From Chloroflexota bacterium (lineage in GTDB: Bacteria; Chloroflexota; Dormibacteria; CF-121), in the NCBI GenBank assembly GCA_005882045.1, contig VBHO01000145.1:38-64037 (forward strand): 64,000 bases of DNA, written 5' to 3'. A program made the translations under genes and the position numbers. Every line of letters begins with the position of its first letter. The first letter of the stretch is position 1. The notes below the pieces were generated by a model. It had not been told where the DNA came from. It did no database searches and saw only the letters and a list, made by a program, of their open reading frames with translations. This document shows positions 29,797 through 39,057 of the stretch, piece after piece.

Positions 29797-31395
29797 TTAG
29801 CTACGCGACCCGGGGCGATACTCGCCGAAAACATCGCGCAGGACCCCGCACACCTCTCCTATGGTGGCATAGGCTTGCAGCGCGGCCCGCATGGGGGGCA
29901 ACAGATTCTGGCCCCCCTGCGCGGCCCGGCGGACTTCGGCGAGCCGCGACTCGATCGCCGCTAGGTCCCGCTCCGCCCGCAACCGCTTGAGTCCCTCGAC
30001 CTGATCGCGCTCGTGCCGGGGACCGATCTTCACGATTTCGACCGGCTCCTCGTCGCCCTGGAAGCGATTGACACCGACCACGACGCGACGGCCCTCCTCG
30101 ACGGCCCGCTGGTAGTGATAGGCGCTCTCCTGGATGGCCTCCTGGGTAAAGGCCGTCTCGATCGCGGCGATGGCTCCGCCCCGCCGGTCGACCTCCCCGA
30201 TCAGCGCAGTCGCGCCTGCCTCGAGCTCGCGGGTGAGCGCTTCGACCAGGTAGCTGCCGCCCATCGGATCGGCGACGCCGGCCACGTTGGTCTCGTGGGC
30301 GATGATCTGCTGCGTCCGCACCGAGAGGGTGGCCGCCATTTCCGACGGCAGGCCCAGCGCCTCGTCGAAGGAGTTGGCATGCAGGCTCTGGGTCCCGCCA
30401 AGGACGGCGCTCATCGCCTGCAAGGCAACCCGGACGATGTTGTTGTGCGGCTGTTGCGCGGTCAGGGTGCTCCCACCGGTCTGGCTGTGGAACCGAAGCG
30501 CCTGCGCCTTTAGATCGGTCACGCCGTAGCGCTCCTTCACCAGGCGGGCCCACAGGTTGCGTGCCGCCCGGAACTTCGCCACCTCCTCGAAGAAGTCCGA
30601 GAAGACGGCAAAGAAGAAGGACAGCCTCGGCGCGAAATCCGCGACCTGGAGGCCCGCCGTCCTGGCCGCGTCGACATAGGCGATCGCGTGGGCCATGGTG
30701 AAGCCGAGCTCCTGGACGGCGGTGGCACCCGCTTCCCGCAGGTGATAGCCGGAGATCGAGATCGTGTTCCAGTTGGGCAGCCGTTGGTAGCAGTAGGCGA
30801 ACAGGTCGGTGGTCAGCCGCATCGATGCGCGCGGCGGGAAGATATAGGTGCCGCGGGCCGCGTACTCCTTGAGGATGTCGTTCTGCACCGTGCCCTGCAG
30901 CCGCTCCGGGGACACGCCCTGCTGCTCGGCGACCAGCTCGTAGAGAAGCAATAAGAGGGCTGCCGGAGCATTGATTGTCATCGAAGTGCTCACCTCGCCG
31001 AGAGGGATGCCCTGCAGCAGCGTTTCCATGTCCTTGAGTGAAGAGATCGAGACTCCGACCTTGCCGACCTCCCCGCGCGCCATCGGGGCGTCGGCGTCGT
31101 GGCCCATCTGGGTCGGGAGGTCGAACGCCACCGAGAGGCCGGTCTGCCCCTGCTCGAGGAGGTAGCGGAAGCGACGATTGGTCTCGGCGGCGCTGCCGAA
31201 GCCAGAATACTGGCGGATCGTCCAGGGCCGGCGGCGGTACATCTCGGGGTAGATACCGCGCGTGAAGGGATACTCGCCGGGCGGTGGCGCTTCCGGTCCG
31301 GCGTCGATGGCCCGGTAGACCGCCTTCAGGGGCAGACCGCTATCGGTGGTCGACGCCGCCGGACCATCTGACGGCTTAGGTGCCGGGCGGGCCAT
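29797..31395 (-). CDS. methylmalonyl-CoA mutase family large subunit, second copy (no fused B12 domain)
   Basis: Start set at the internal ATG giving MARPAPKPSDG, which overlaps the epimerase stop by 20 nt. The tool ORF extends 64 codons further into the epimerase gene. FTRGIYPEMYRRRPWTIRQYSGFGSAAETN core. Confidence 0.8.
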   Translation of the reverse strand: MARPAPKPSDGPAASTTDSGLPLKAVYRAIDAGPEAPPPGEYPFTRGIYPEMYRRRPWTIRQYSGFGSAAETNRRFRYLLEQGQTGLSVAFDLPTQMGHDADAPMARGEVGKVGVSISSLKDMETLLQGIPLGEVSTSMTINAPAALLLLLYELVAEQQGVSPERLQGTVQNDILKEYAARGTYIFPPRASMRLTTDLFAYCYQRLPNWNTISISGYHLREAGATAVQELGFTMAHAIAYVDAARTAGLQVADFAPRLSFFFAVFSDFFEEVAKFRAARNLWARLVKERYGVTDLKAQALRFHSQTGGSTLTAQQPHNNIVRVALQAMSAVLGGTQSLHANSFDEALGLPSEMAATLSVRTQQIIAHETNVAGVADPMGGSYLVEALTRELEAGATALIGEVDRRGGAIAAIETAFTQEAIQESAYHYQRAVEEGRRVVVGVNRFQGDEEPVEIVKIGPRHERDQVEGLKRLRAERDLAAIESRLAEVRRAAQGGQNLLPPMRAALQAYATIGEVCGVLRDVFGEYRPGSRS

Positions 31396-31792
31396 CCGGC
31401 TCCACGAACTCGGTGAGCACGCCGCAGACGCTCTTGGGATGGACGAAGCCGATGCGGGTCCCGTGCGTTCCCGGCCGCGGCACCGCATCCAGCAACTGGG
31501 CCCCCGCAGCGCCGGCTCGCTCGAGTGACGCCGCGACATCGTCGGTGGCATAGGCCACGTGGTGCACGGCCTCGCCCCGATCCTCAAGAAACTTCTCGAC
31601 CTTCGACTCCCGGTTGAGCGGCGTGATGAGTTCGATCCGGCTCTCGCCGATCGGGATCAGGGCGACCTCGATGCCTTCGCGCTCGAGCCGCTCCCTGCCA
31701 CTGACGCGCAGTCCGAGCAGCCGTTCGTAGGTCTGGATCGCCCGGTCGAGATCGCGAACAGCGATTCCGACGTGGTCGATCCGGCTCAGCAT
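31376..31792 (-). CDS. methylmalonyl-CoA epimerase (VOC/glyoxalase family)
   Basis: 138 aa. MLSRIDHVGIAVRDLDRAIQTYERLLG, and a second module HHVAYATDDV with metal-ligand His and Glu. Confidence 0.8.
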   Translation of the reverse strand: MLSRIDHVGIAVRDLDRAIQTYERLLGLRVSGRERLEREGIEVALIPIGESRIELITPLNRESKVEKFLEDRGEAVHHVAYATDDVAASLERAGAAGAQLLDAVPRPGTHGTRIGFVHPKSVCGVLTEFVEPDGPPGT

Positions 31793-31968
31793 GCCGTTGA
31801 TTCTAAAGCCGGGTCATTTCCCACTCCCCTTGACAAGGTGTGGACCCTTTGTAGTAGGGTGTACCACGGCTAGTTACGTTACGGTCCGACTCCCTCTCTT
31901 TACTCGGCGTCCTCTACAGCCAAGGGTAGACGGCGAATCTGATCCAACTGAGGGAAGGAGGTTGGACC

Positions 31969-32625
31969 GTGAACCGCACCGTTGGCGTACGCGTGCGTCG
32001 GTCCGTCGGGCGTGGGGCGATTTTCGCGCTCGGCTTTGGAGGAGCACTCTCCGCAGCACCGCAGCTGCCGACACCGGTCTCGGCGTCCCCGACGGCTTTG
32101 CCTGTCACCGCCTCGGTGGTAGAGGCGGCGGACGATCCGCTGCCGCGGCAGCCGCGGGCCACCGTCATCATCTATATGGAGGCAACGCCCCCACCCCCGA
32201 CCGTGGTCCCGATCGCGCCCGCCGCTCCCGTTCGACTCTCGTCTGCGCGAATGTCCAGCAGCGGTCCGGCCTGGGCGGTCGGCCCCGTCTCGGGTGCGGC
32301 TAACGGTTTTGCCTACGGCTACTGCACCTGGTGGGTCGCCCACAAACGCTACATCCCCTGGCGGGGGAACGCCTACCAGTGGTGGTGGAACGCCCGTGCC
32401 TTCGGTTTCGCGGAGGGGGCCACACCGCGGCCTGGCGCTGTCATGGTCATGGGCATCAGCGGCACGTCACCGCAGGGCCACGTGGCCTATGTCGAGTCGG
32501 TCAACCCCAACGGCTCGTTCCTGGTCTCGGAAATGAACTGGTGGGGCGTGCCAGGGGGCGGCTGGAACCGCGTCGACTACCGGACGGTGAGCTCGATGGC
32601 CGGCGTGCTGGGCTTCATCTATTAG
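31969..32625 (+). CDS. CHAP-domain cell-wall hydrolase, secreted
   Basis: GTG start with a GGAAGGAGG SD. Signal peptide, Pro/Ala-rich linker, then a CHAP domain with Cys (GYCTWWV) and His (GHVAYVE) catalytic residues. Confidence 0.7.
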   Translation: MNRTVGVRVRRSVGRGAIFALGFGGALSAAPQLPTPVSASPTALPVTASVVEAADDPLPRQPRATVIIYMEATPPPPTVVPIAPAAPVRLSSARMSSSGPAWAVGPVSGAANGFAYGYCTWWVAHKRYIPWRGNAYQWWWNARAFGFAEGATPRPGAVMVMGISGTSPQGHVAYVESVNPNGSFLVSEMNWWGVPGGGWNRVDYRTVSSMAGVLGFIY

Positions 32626-32646
32626 CCCGAGCTACGGCAGCACCCT

Positions 32647-32949
32647 TCAGGTTGCCTTGAGTGACGAAACCCTGCCGAGAATCTTTTCGATCGCTTCATC
32701 CTGCGCCGCGAGGTGGTCCTGGATCTGGAGCGCGGTATGGAGTACGGCGTCGGCGTCCTCGTAGGTGGCTTCGGCGCGCTTGTCGCTGGCGGCGGCCAGA
32801 ACGTTCTGGCCCACGATGATGATGCTGAGTAAGACCAGCTGCAGGAAGGTTTGGCTGATCCAGGAGACGAGGATGACCGGGTTATGCGACAGGATCGCGG
32901 CGGGAAGCGAGACGATGGCGAGCGCCGCAAACGCGTAGGCGCACCACAT
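32647..32949 (-). CDS. small membrane protein, low-affinity-iron-permease/DUF1003-like
   Basis: 100 aa: two TM helices, then an amphipathic helix (GQNVLAAASDKRAEATYEDADAVLHTALQIQDHLAAQDEAIEKI) resembling that family. Recalled from memory, unverified. Confidence 0.4.
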   Translation of the reverse strand: MWCAYAFAALAIVSLPAAILSHNPVILVSWISQTFLQLVLLSIIIVGQNVLAAASDKRAEATYEDADAVLHTALQIQDHLAAQDEAIEKILGRVSSLKAT

Positions 32950-33070
32950 GGTGCCTGATCGGATCGCCGCCCCTTGGCATCAGGTCCGCCACCTTGACCG
33001 GTCGTTGCTTTTTGCGCTGTTCGATCCGGGGATGGATGACGGGCGTGAAGATATTTGACATAGCGTCAAT

Positions 33071-33907
33071 CTACCCGCTTCGCTTGAGCAGGCCGAGCCG
33101 TTTCGCACGGACTTCGGCGCGGTTGAAGCACCACACCGAGGCCGGCACCAGGATGACCCCCATCAGCAGCAGGATGGCGATATCGGGCAGGGCGCCGGCC
33201 AGCGAGAGCCCGTGGAGCAGCGCCTCCCGTACTCCACTCAGGGTGTAGGTCAATGGCGAGAGGATGCCGACGACGTGGAGCGGCGCCGGTAACACGCTGA
33301 TCGGGTAGTAGACACCCGAGATCAGCAGGAGGACGCCCTGCACCGCAAAGGCCATCTGCTCACCCTTCTCGGGTGACAGCAGGGGAAGCACGGACGTGAA
33401 GATCCCCAGGCCGAGCAGCGGCAGCGTAGCGGCGGCGAAGATCGCCAGCGCCGTCAGCCAGTTGGCATGCGACAGATCGAGGTTGAAGAAGAAGATCAGC
33501 GCGAAGCCGATGGCCGCCGTGCGGGCGATCCCATAGATCAGCGAGGCGGCGGACATGCCCAGCAGGTGGGTCAGCCGCTTGATGGGTGCCATGAAGGTGT
33601 ACTCGATGGTGCCCTCCCAGCGCTCCCAGGTGATGGCGAAGGCGATTTCGAAAAACACCAGCGACAGGTAGGTCCAGAGCAGCGCCCCCACCAGTAGGTA
33701 GAGCTGCGTCTGGTGCAGATTCGCCTGCCCCGGCTCGAGACCCAGCGTCGACAGCCCCGCGGCAAGGTAGCCGATGCTGAGCACGCTGACCAGGTTGTAG
33801 AGCAGCCAGACCGCCTCCCACAACCAGTACCGCCGGTAGAGGTTCTTCTGCCGCTCGATGAAGCCGACAAACGCGTTCAGCTCCCAGCGGAGCGAGTTGC
33901 CAATCAT
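33071..33907 (-). CDS. ABC-2 type transporter permease
   Basis: Begins MIGNSLRWELN. Six TM helices. ATGA overlap with the upstream ATPase. The tool ORF has a 65-aa artefactual extension. Confidence 0.75.
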   Translation of the reverse strand: MIGNSLRWELNAFVGFIERQKNLYRRYWLWEAVWLLYNLVSVLSIGYLAAGLSTLGLEPGQANLHQTQLYLLVGALLWTYLSLVFFEIAFAITWERWEGTIEYTFMAPIKRLTHLLGMSAASLIYGIARTAAIGFALIFFFNLDLSHANWLTALAIFAAATLPLLGLGIFTSVLPLLSPEKGEQMAFAVQGVLLLISGVYYPISVLPAPLHVVGILSPLTYTLSGVREALLHGLSLAGALPDIAILLLMGVILVPASVWCFNRAEVRAKRLGLLKRSG

Positions 33908-34743
33908 TCGTCTTTCGCCTCCTCGTCTTCCTCGAGCCGCTTCCCCGTGAGCTTCATGAAGGCATCCTCCAGGCTGCCGCCGACCTCGCCGGCATGCGCG
34001 TGGATCAGTTCGGCGGGCGTGCCCTCCGCCAGGACGCGGCCCTGGTCGAGCACGAGTACGTGGTCGCAGAGCACCTCCGCCTCCTCGAGGTCGTGGGTGC
34101 ACAGCAGCACGGTCGCCGCCCGATCCCGGCGGATGGTTCGGACCAGCTCCTGGACCTCGCGCTTCGAGCGCGGATCGAGCCCCGTGGTCGGCTCGTCCAT
34201 CAGCAGCAGCGATGGCGACGTGAGGAAGCTGCGGGCGATGGCGATCTTCTGCTGCTGGCCGCGCGACAGCTGCTTCATCGGCTTGTCGAGCGTGTCGAGC
34301 GGCAGACCGAGCCGCTCCAGCATGCCCTCCACCCGAGCCCGCGTGCCTTTCCCGCCGCTGCCGTAGAGGCGTGCGGCGTACAGCATGTTCTCCCAGGGAC
34401 TCATCTCTTTGAAGAACGATGCCTCGACCGAGACGCGGTTGATGTGGCGGCGCACATCGTCCGGCTGGGTGACGACGTCGTAGCCAAACACGGAGGCCGT
34501 CCCCGCGTCGGGCGTCATCAAGGTAGCGAGGATGCGGATTAAGGTCGACTTGCCGCTCCCGTTCGCCCCCAGGATGCCCGTGATCCGACCGGTGTCGACG
34601 TGCATCGACACCTGGTCGAGCGCCAGCTTTTCCTTCTTGACCGTGCGCCGGCCAAAGGGTCGGCGCGCCGGCTGCCCGAACCGCTTCGAGATGCCGTGCA
34701 GCTCGACCGCCGCCGTATTCAATTCGCTCGCCTTGATCGCCAT
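33904..34743 (-). CDS. ABC transporter ATP-binding protein
   Basis: Walker A GANGSGKST, signature LSRGQQQKIAIAR, Walker B LLLMDEPTTGLD, H-loop. Confidence 0.85.
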   Translation of the reverse strand: MAIKASELNTAAVELHGISKRFGQPARRPFGRRTVKKEKLALDQVSMHVDTGRITGILGANGSGKSTLIRILATLMTPDAGTASVFGYDVVTQPDDVRRHINRVSVEASFFKEMSPWENMLYAARLYGSGGKGTRARVEGMLERLGLPLDTLDKPMKQLSRGQQQKIAIARSFLTSPSLLLMDEPTTGLDPRSKREVQELVRTIRRDRAATVLLCTHDLEEAEVLCDHVLVLDQGRVLAEGTPAELIHAHAGEVGGSLEDAFMKLTGKRLEEDEEAKDE

Positions 34744-34954
34744 GCCTTCAACTCCTGAGATTGATGCCGATGAACAACAAAAAACCGTGGGCCAGGGGCC
34801 TCACGGTCGAAAGCGCTGTCGTCGGTGTCTAGTTCAGTCGGCTTTCAATGCCATGCAGCCCCGGGTAGGCAGGCTCCGCCCCTGGTGAAGACGATCATGC
34901 CTGCCCTGCTGCGCCACATAGCCTCCGTACAGTACTCCAGCGACGTGACCGAAG

Positions 34955-36985
34955 TCAACCGGCAGAGGGCGCCGGCTCGCCCTTCGCCGGCGACTCGGCC
35001 CCGTCCATGGAGTCGGCGAGGTACTGGGCGAGGTCCTGCACCTGCAACTGACTCTCGGCACCTTTGGCCGAGATCCCGTCGCGGAACATGGTCAGGCAGA
35101 AGGGACAGGCGGTCGCGACCCGCGGCGCTTCTGTCCTGAGCGTCTGCTCGACCCGTTCGTGGTTGATGCGCTTGCCGATCTTCTCCTCCATCCACATGCG
35201 GCCGCCGCCCGCGCCACAGCAGAAACCCCGCTTGTGATGACGCTCGATCTCCACCAGCTCGGCCCCCGGGATAGCCTCCACAACGGAGCGTGGGGGGTCG
35301 TAGATGTCGTTCCAGCGGCCTAAATAGCACGAGTCGTGATACGTGAACTTGCCCTCGATCGCCTTGCTCGGCTTGAGCCGGCCCTCCTTGATCAGGCCGG
35401 CGAGCAGCTGCGTGTGGTGCACGACTTGGTACGTGCCGCCGAACTGGGGAAACTCATTCTTGATCGTGTTGAAGCAATGGGGACAGGTGGCAATGACTTT
35501 CTTGATCTTCGCCTCGTTCATCGCCTCGATGTTCTGCTGCGCTTGGGTCTGATACAGATACTCGTTGCCAATGCGTCGGGCTGGGTCGCCGTTGCAGGTC
35601 TCCTTCGGGCCGAGGATGGCAAAGTCGACGCCCGCCTTCTGCAGCAGCCCGACGAAGGCCCGGGCGACCGCCCGGTTCGCCTCGTCGTAGGACGCGGCGC
35701 AGCCGACGAAATAAAGATACTCCGCATCGGGCTTCTCGTCGATCGTTTTCACGCCAAGGCCTTGCGCCCATTCGGAACGCTGCGCGCGCGGCATGCCGTA
35801 GGGGTTGCCCTGGCTCTCGATGCTCCGCAGTGCCCCCTGGGCCTCCTTGGGGAATTTGCTCTCTTCAAGCACCAGGCTGCGACGCATATCGATGATCTTG
35901 GGCACGTGCTCGATCAGCACCGGGCATTCCTGCTGGCAGGCCCCGCAGGCCACGCACGACCAGATTTCGTCCTCCTTGATCGCCTCGCCAATAAGTTTCT
36001 GAGTTTGCTGCGGCGCCCCGCGCGGCTCCGGCGGCGCGTCGCGGACGGTCTTGAAAAGATTTTCGCGAGCATCGACGATGATCATCTTGGGATTGAGCGG
36101 CTTGCCGGTGAGAAAGGCGGGGCACTGCTCCTGGCAGCGGCCACATTCGGTGCACGAGTACAGGTCGAGCAGGTTCTTCCACGACCACTGGGTCACGGCG
36201 CTGACCCCGTAGTGTTCGGCGTGCTCCAGATCGATTGGCGTCAGCGCGGCGCCGGCTTTGGGGGGCAGCTTGCGGAAGAAGACGTTCGGGATGGCGACGA
36301 TGATGTGCAGGTGCTTCGAGCTCGGAATGTAGACGAGGAAGGCGAGCACCGCCAGGATATGCATCCAGTAGAAGACCTCGTGCGCCGGGATCGCGGCGGT
36401 GCCCTGCCAGCCCAGGCCTTCGAAGACGCGGGCCAGCGCTGAAGACACCGGCCGCCAGGCTGCCGACGGTTCGCCGCCCTCAGCAACGCGGGCAGCGTTC
36501 TGGCCGAGCATCCCGATCATGATGGTGGCGATCAGCCCGAGGATGATCAGGGCGTCGATTTCGTTGCTCTCCTGAAACTGGCGCGGCCGGATCACGAGCC
36601 GGTTGATCAGCGCCATCAGCACGCCGACCAGCACCAGGACGCCAAAAAGATCTTGTAAAAAGGCGATCCAGGTGGTGCCGCCAATCGCTGCCAGGCTGAA
36701 TCCCGGGAAGATGCCTTCGCCGAAGGCCTGAATGATGGCGGTCAGCAGGACGACGAAGCCATAAAAAATAAACAGATGCAGGAGGCCGGAGTAGAGATTC
36801 CGGAACATCCGGGTGTGGAGACCGACGTAGCTGAGGACGCCACGCACGCGCTCGGGGAAGTGGTCGAGGCGGTTTTCATTCGGGCCGAGCCGCAGGATGC
36901 GATAGAGTTGGCGCGCCCGGATGGTGAAGTAGACGATCGCGACCAGCAGCACGGCCAGCACCGCGATCGATTTCACCTGGGTCAT
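34955..36985 (-). CDS. membrane-bound (Fe-S)-binding oxidoreductase, EtfD/HdrD-like (NarI-like N-terminal domain, two 4Fe-4S ferredoxin motifs, two CCG domains)
   Basis: Start set at internal ATG 36985 (MTQVKSIAVLAV); the tool start 37054 would overlap divergent coaE. About 5 N-terminal TM helices, CTECGRCQEQCP and CVACGACQQECP clusters, CCG motifs (CPHCFNT..., CPFCLTMF..., GFCCGAGGG). Confidence 0.75.
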   Translation of the reverse strand: MTQVKSIAVLAVLLVAIVYFTIRARQLYRILRLGPNENRLDHFPERVRGVLSYVGLHTRMFRNLYSGLLHLFIFYGFVVLLTAIIQAFGEGIFPGFSLAAIGGTTWIAFLQDLFGVLVLVGVLMALINRLVIRPRQFQESNEIDALIILGLIATIMIGMLGQNAARVAEGGEPSAAWRPVSSALARVFEGLGWQGTAAIPAHEVFYWMHILAVLAFLVYIPSSKHLHIIVAIPNVFFRKLPPKAGAALTPIDLEHAEHYGVSAVTQWSWKNLLDLYSCTECGRCQEQCPAFLTGKPLNPKMIIVDARENLFKTVRDAPPEPRGAPQQTQKLIGEAIKEDEIWSCVACGACQQECPVLIEHVPKIIDMRRSLVLEESKFPKEAQGALRSIESQGNPYGMPRAQRSEWAQGLGVKTIDEKPDAEYLYFVGCAASYDEANRAVARAFVGLLQKAGVDFAILGPKETCNGDPARRIGNEYLYQTQAQQNIEAMNEAKIKKVIATCPHCFNTIKNEFPQFGGTYQVVHHTQLLAGLIKEGRLKPSKAIEGKFTYHDSCYLGRWNDIYDPPRSVVEAIPGAELVEIERHHKRGFCCGAGGGRMWMEEKIGKRINHERVEQTLRTEAPRVATACPFCLTMFRDGISAKGAESQLQVQDLAQYLADSMDGAESPAKGEPAPSAG

Positions 36986-37013
36986 CTCTGGTAATCGTAC
37001 GGTCAGCTGATAT

Positions 37014-37622
37014 ATGCGCGTGCTAGGTCTTACCGGCGGGATTGGTTCCGGCAAGTCGATGGTGGCGCAGATCTTTGCCCGGCTGGGGGCGGTGGTGATC
37101 GACGCCGATCAGCTGGCGCGCGAGGTGGTCGAGCCCGGACAGCCCGCCCTCCAGGAAATCGCGACCGCCTTCGGGCGGGACGTGCTCTTATCGGACGGTC
37201 GTCTCGATCGCTCCAAGCTTGCCGGCATTATCTTCGCCGACCCTGCTGCGCGCGCCCGGCTCGACGCCATTACGCATCCGCGCATCCGCGCGCGGATGGA
37301 CGAGGAAATCAAGGCCCGACGGTCAGGGCCAGGCGTCCTGATCGTCGACATCCCGCTGCTGTACGAGAACGACCGCACCCATTCGGTGGAGCGTGTGATC
37401 GTGGTCTGGGTCGACCCGCAGACACAACTGCGACGAATCCGCCGGCGCGACGGGCTTTCCGCCGAAGCCGCCCGCCAGCGGATCGCCGCGCAGATGCCGT
37501 TGGACGCGAAGCGGGCCCGCGCCGACCACGTGATCGATAACAGCGGGAGTCGGGAGGACACCCGGCGCCAGGTCGAAGCCATCTACCACCTCTACGCGGC
37601 CGCGGCGGCCTCGCCGCCGTAG
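37014..37622 (+). CDS. coaE: dephospho-CoA kinase
   Basis: MRVLGLTGGIGSGKS P-loop at the N-terminus, ~200 aa, typical CoaE layout. Confidence 0.85.
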   Translation: MRVLGLTGGIGSGKSMVAQIFARLGAVVIDADQLAREVVEPGQPALQEIATAFGRDVLLSDGRLDRSKLAGIIFADPAARARLDAITHPRIRARMDEEIKARRSGPGVLIVDIPLLYENDRTHSVERVIVVWVDPQTQLRRIRRRDGLSAEAARQRIAAQMPLDAKRARADHVIDNSGSREDTRRQVEAIYHLYAAAAASPP

Positions 37623-37624
37623 GC

Positions 37625-38053
37625 TCAGCCGGCCTTTCGGTGTCGCTCGGTCAGCTCCCGTCGCTCCGAATGCTCGCGTCGCCCCGAATGCTCGCGCCGC
37701 TGACTCGCAAGCGCCCGCTCTCGCAGCTCGATCTCGATCGGTTGCCTGACGCGGACCGCGAACCTCGTCAGCCAGACGACAGCCAGGCCGACCACGAACA
37801 GCACCGTGCCCGGTGCCGCGTCGGATAGCTTGCTCTTGAGCCCGATCACCTCACCGACCCAGCTGCTCGACCCCGCCACCCCGTGAAAGAACAGCAGGAT
37901 CCCGCCGATGATGCACGCCAGGCCGAGCAGGAGCCCGGCCAGCGAGTAGATCAACTGAAGCCGGGCCAGCCGGCCCCAGAAGTGCCGTTCGCGCGGATCC
38001 GCCGGCAACTCCAGCGCCGCCACGACGAACTGGAGCCAATTCAAGAGCCTCAC
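37625..38053 (-). CDS. hypothetical small membrane protein
   Basis: Three predicted TM segments, then an Arg/Glu-rich tail with repeated SGRREHSERRE. Confidence 0.35.
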   Translation of the reverse strand: MRLLNWLQFVVAALELPADPRERHFWGRLARLQLIYSLAGLLLGLACIIGGILLFFHGVAGSSSWVGEVIGLKSKLSDAAPGTVLFVVGLAVVWLTRFAVRVRQPIEIELRERALASQRREHSGRREHSERRELTERHRKAG

Positions 38054-38157
38054 TCCTCCCGAAATTCAGCTTAGGCGCGGAACGCTACAACGACGAAGCG
38101 GCCGCCAAACCGTCGCCGGTTGGTGCCCGCTTCGTGGCGAAGCCGTCGTAACGCTGG

Positions 38158-38874
38158 CTAAATCGTGGAGTAGTAGACCGCCGGCGACTGTGACGGGCTT
38201 GGGGTCGGCGTGGTCGGCGCCTGACCGCCCGGCGCCTCGCCCGATTCATTGCCTTCCTTGTGAGAGCGGAACTTCAGTCCCGATCCCACGCGCGACAGGA
38301 TGGCATCCGCCTGGGCCTGCGTAATGGTCCCGGCCTTGACGGCGTTGTCGAGAACGCCCTTGGCCGCATTCTTCATCGCCGCCTTGACGGCGCCGTCGCT
38401 CACCTTCTGCTGCGTCTCGAGATCGGTCAGTGATTTCCCGGACCGGAGGGCACTCTGCAGATCGGCGGGGCTCATGTGGAGCGCCGAGGCGGCCGCGTTC
38501 AGCTCGGCCGTCTTAAGATTTCGCATCAGGGTCATATCGGCCTTGAAGCCGCCATGGCGGCCCGCGCCGAATCCGAAACCAAGGCCCTGGCCCGCGTTGA
38601 TGCGCGCCTTCATGGCATCGGCTTGCTGCTGGGTGATCCTGCCGTCTTTCAGCATCTGATCGACGGTCTGCAGCTGTGCCTGCTTGAGCGCGTCCTGCGT
38701 CTGGGCCGGCGTCAGGTGCAGGATCCCGGCCAGCTTGTCGACAAAGACCTGCGCGTAATTCTTCGAGGCCGTCGGCGACGCGGACGGCGACGGAGCGGCC
38801 TCAACAGCGGCCACGCCAATGATCACGGCAGCCAGGCCGGCCGCCGGGAGCACGATCCAACGATTCAACTTCAT
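38158..38874 (-). CDS. secreted LTXXQ-motif (Spy/CpxP-like) protein
   Basis: Start at ATG 38874 with an AGGAAGGAGAGA SD. Signal peptide MKLNRWIVLPAAGLAAVIIGVAAVEA, then helical repeats containing LTPAQ and ITQQQADA / ITQAQADA. Pro/Ser-rich C-terminus. Confidence 0.55.
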   Translation of the reverse strand: MKLNRWIVLPAAGLAAVIIGVAAVEAAPSPSASPTASKNYAQVFVDKLAGILHLTPAQTQDALKQAQLQTVDQMLKDGRITQQQADAMKARINAGQGLGFGFGAGRHGGFKADMTLMRNLKTAELNAAASALHMSPADLQSALRSGKSLTDLETQQKVSDGAVKAAMKNAAKGVLDNAVKAGTITQAQADAILSRVGSGLKFRSHKEGNESGEAPGGQAPTTPTPSPSQSPAVYYSTI

Positions 38875-39057
38875 TCGGAGTCTCTCCTTCCTTGGGCTGA
38901 CGAACGCCTCTATAGTGCCGGACCCCGATGAGAAGAGGGTGAGAGCCCGGCAAGAGGTCGGTGAAACTTCTAACCCGGCCGGCCGTAACGCGCTCCGTAA
39001 CAGCATAGAGAGGGTCTTTGAGGCCCGCCGACGGGGACAAACAAGGAGGCAGAGCGC

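Noticed and set aside
34744-34954. Possible structured element (ggcaggc...gcctgcc inverted repeat) between the ABC exporter operon start and the EtfD-like gene stop
   Set aside because: A single long-loop inverted repeat with no supporting T-tract or conservation evidence. It may simply be promoter or 3'-UTR sequence.
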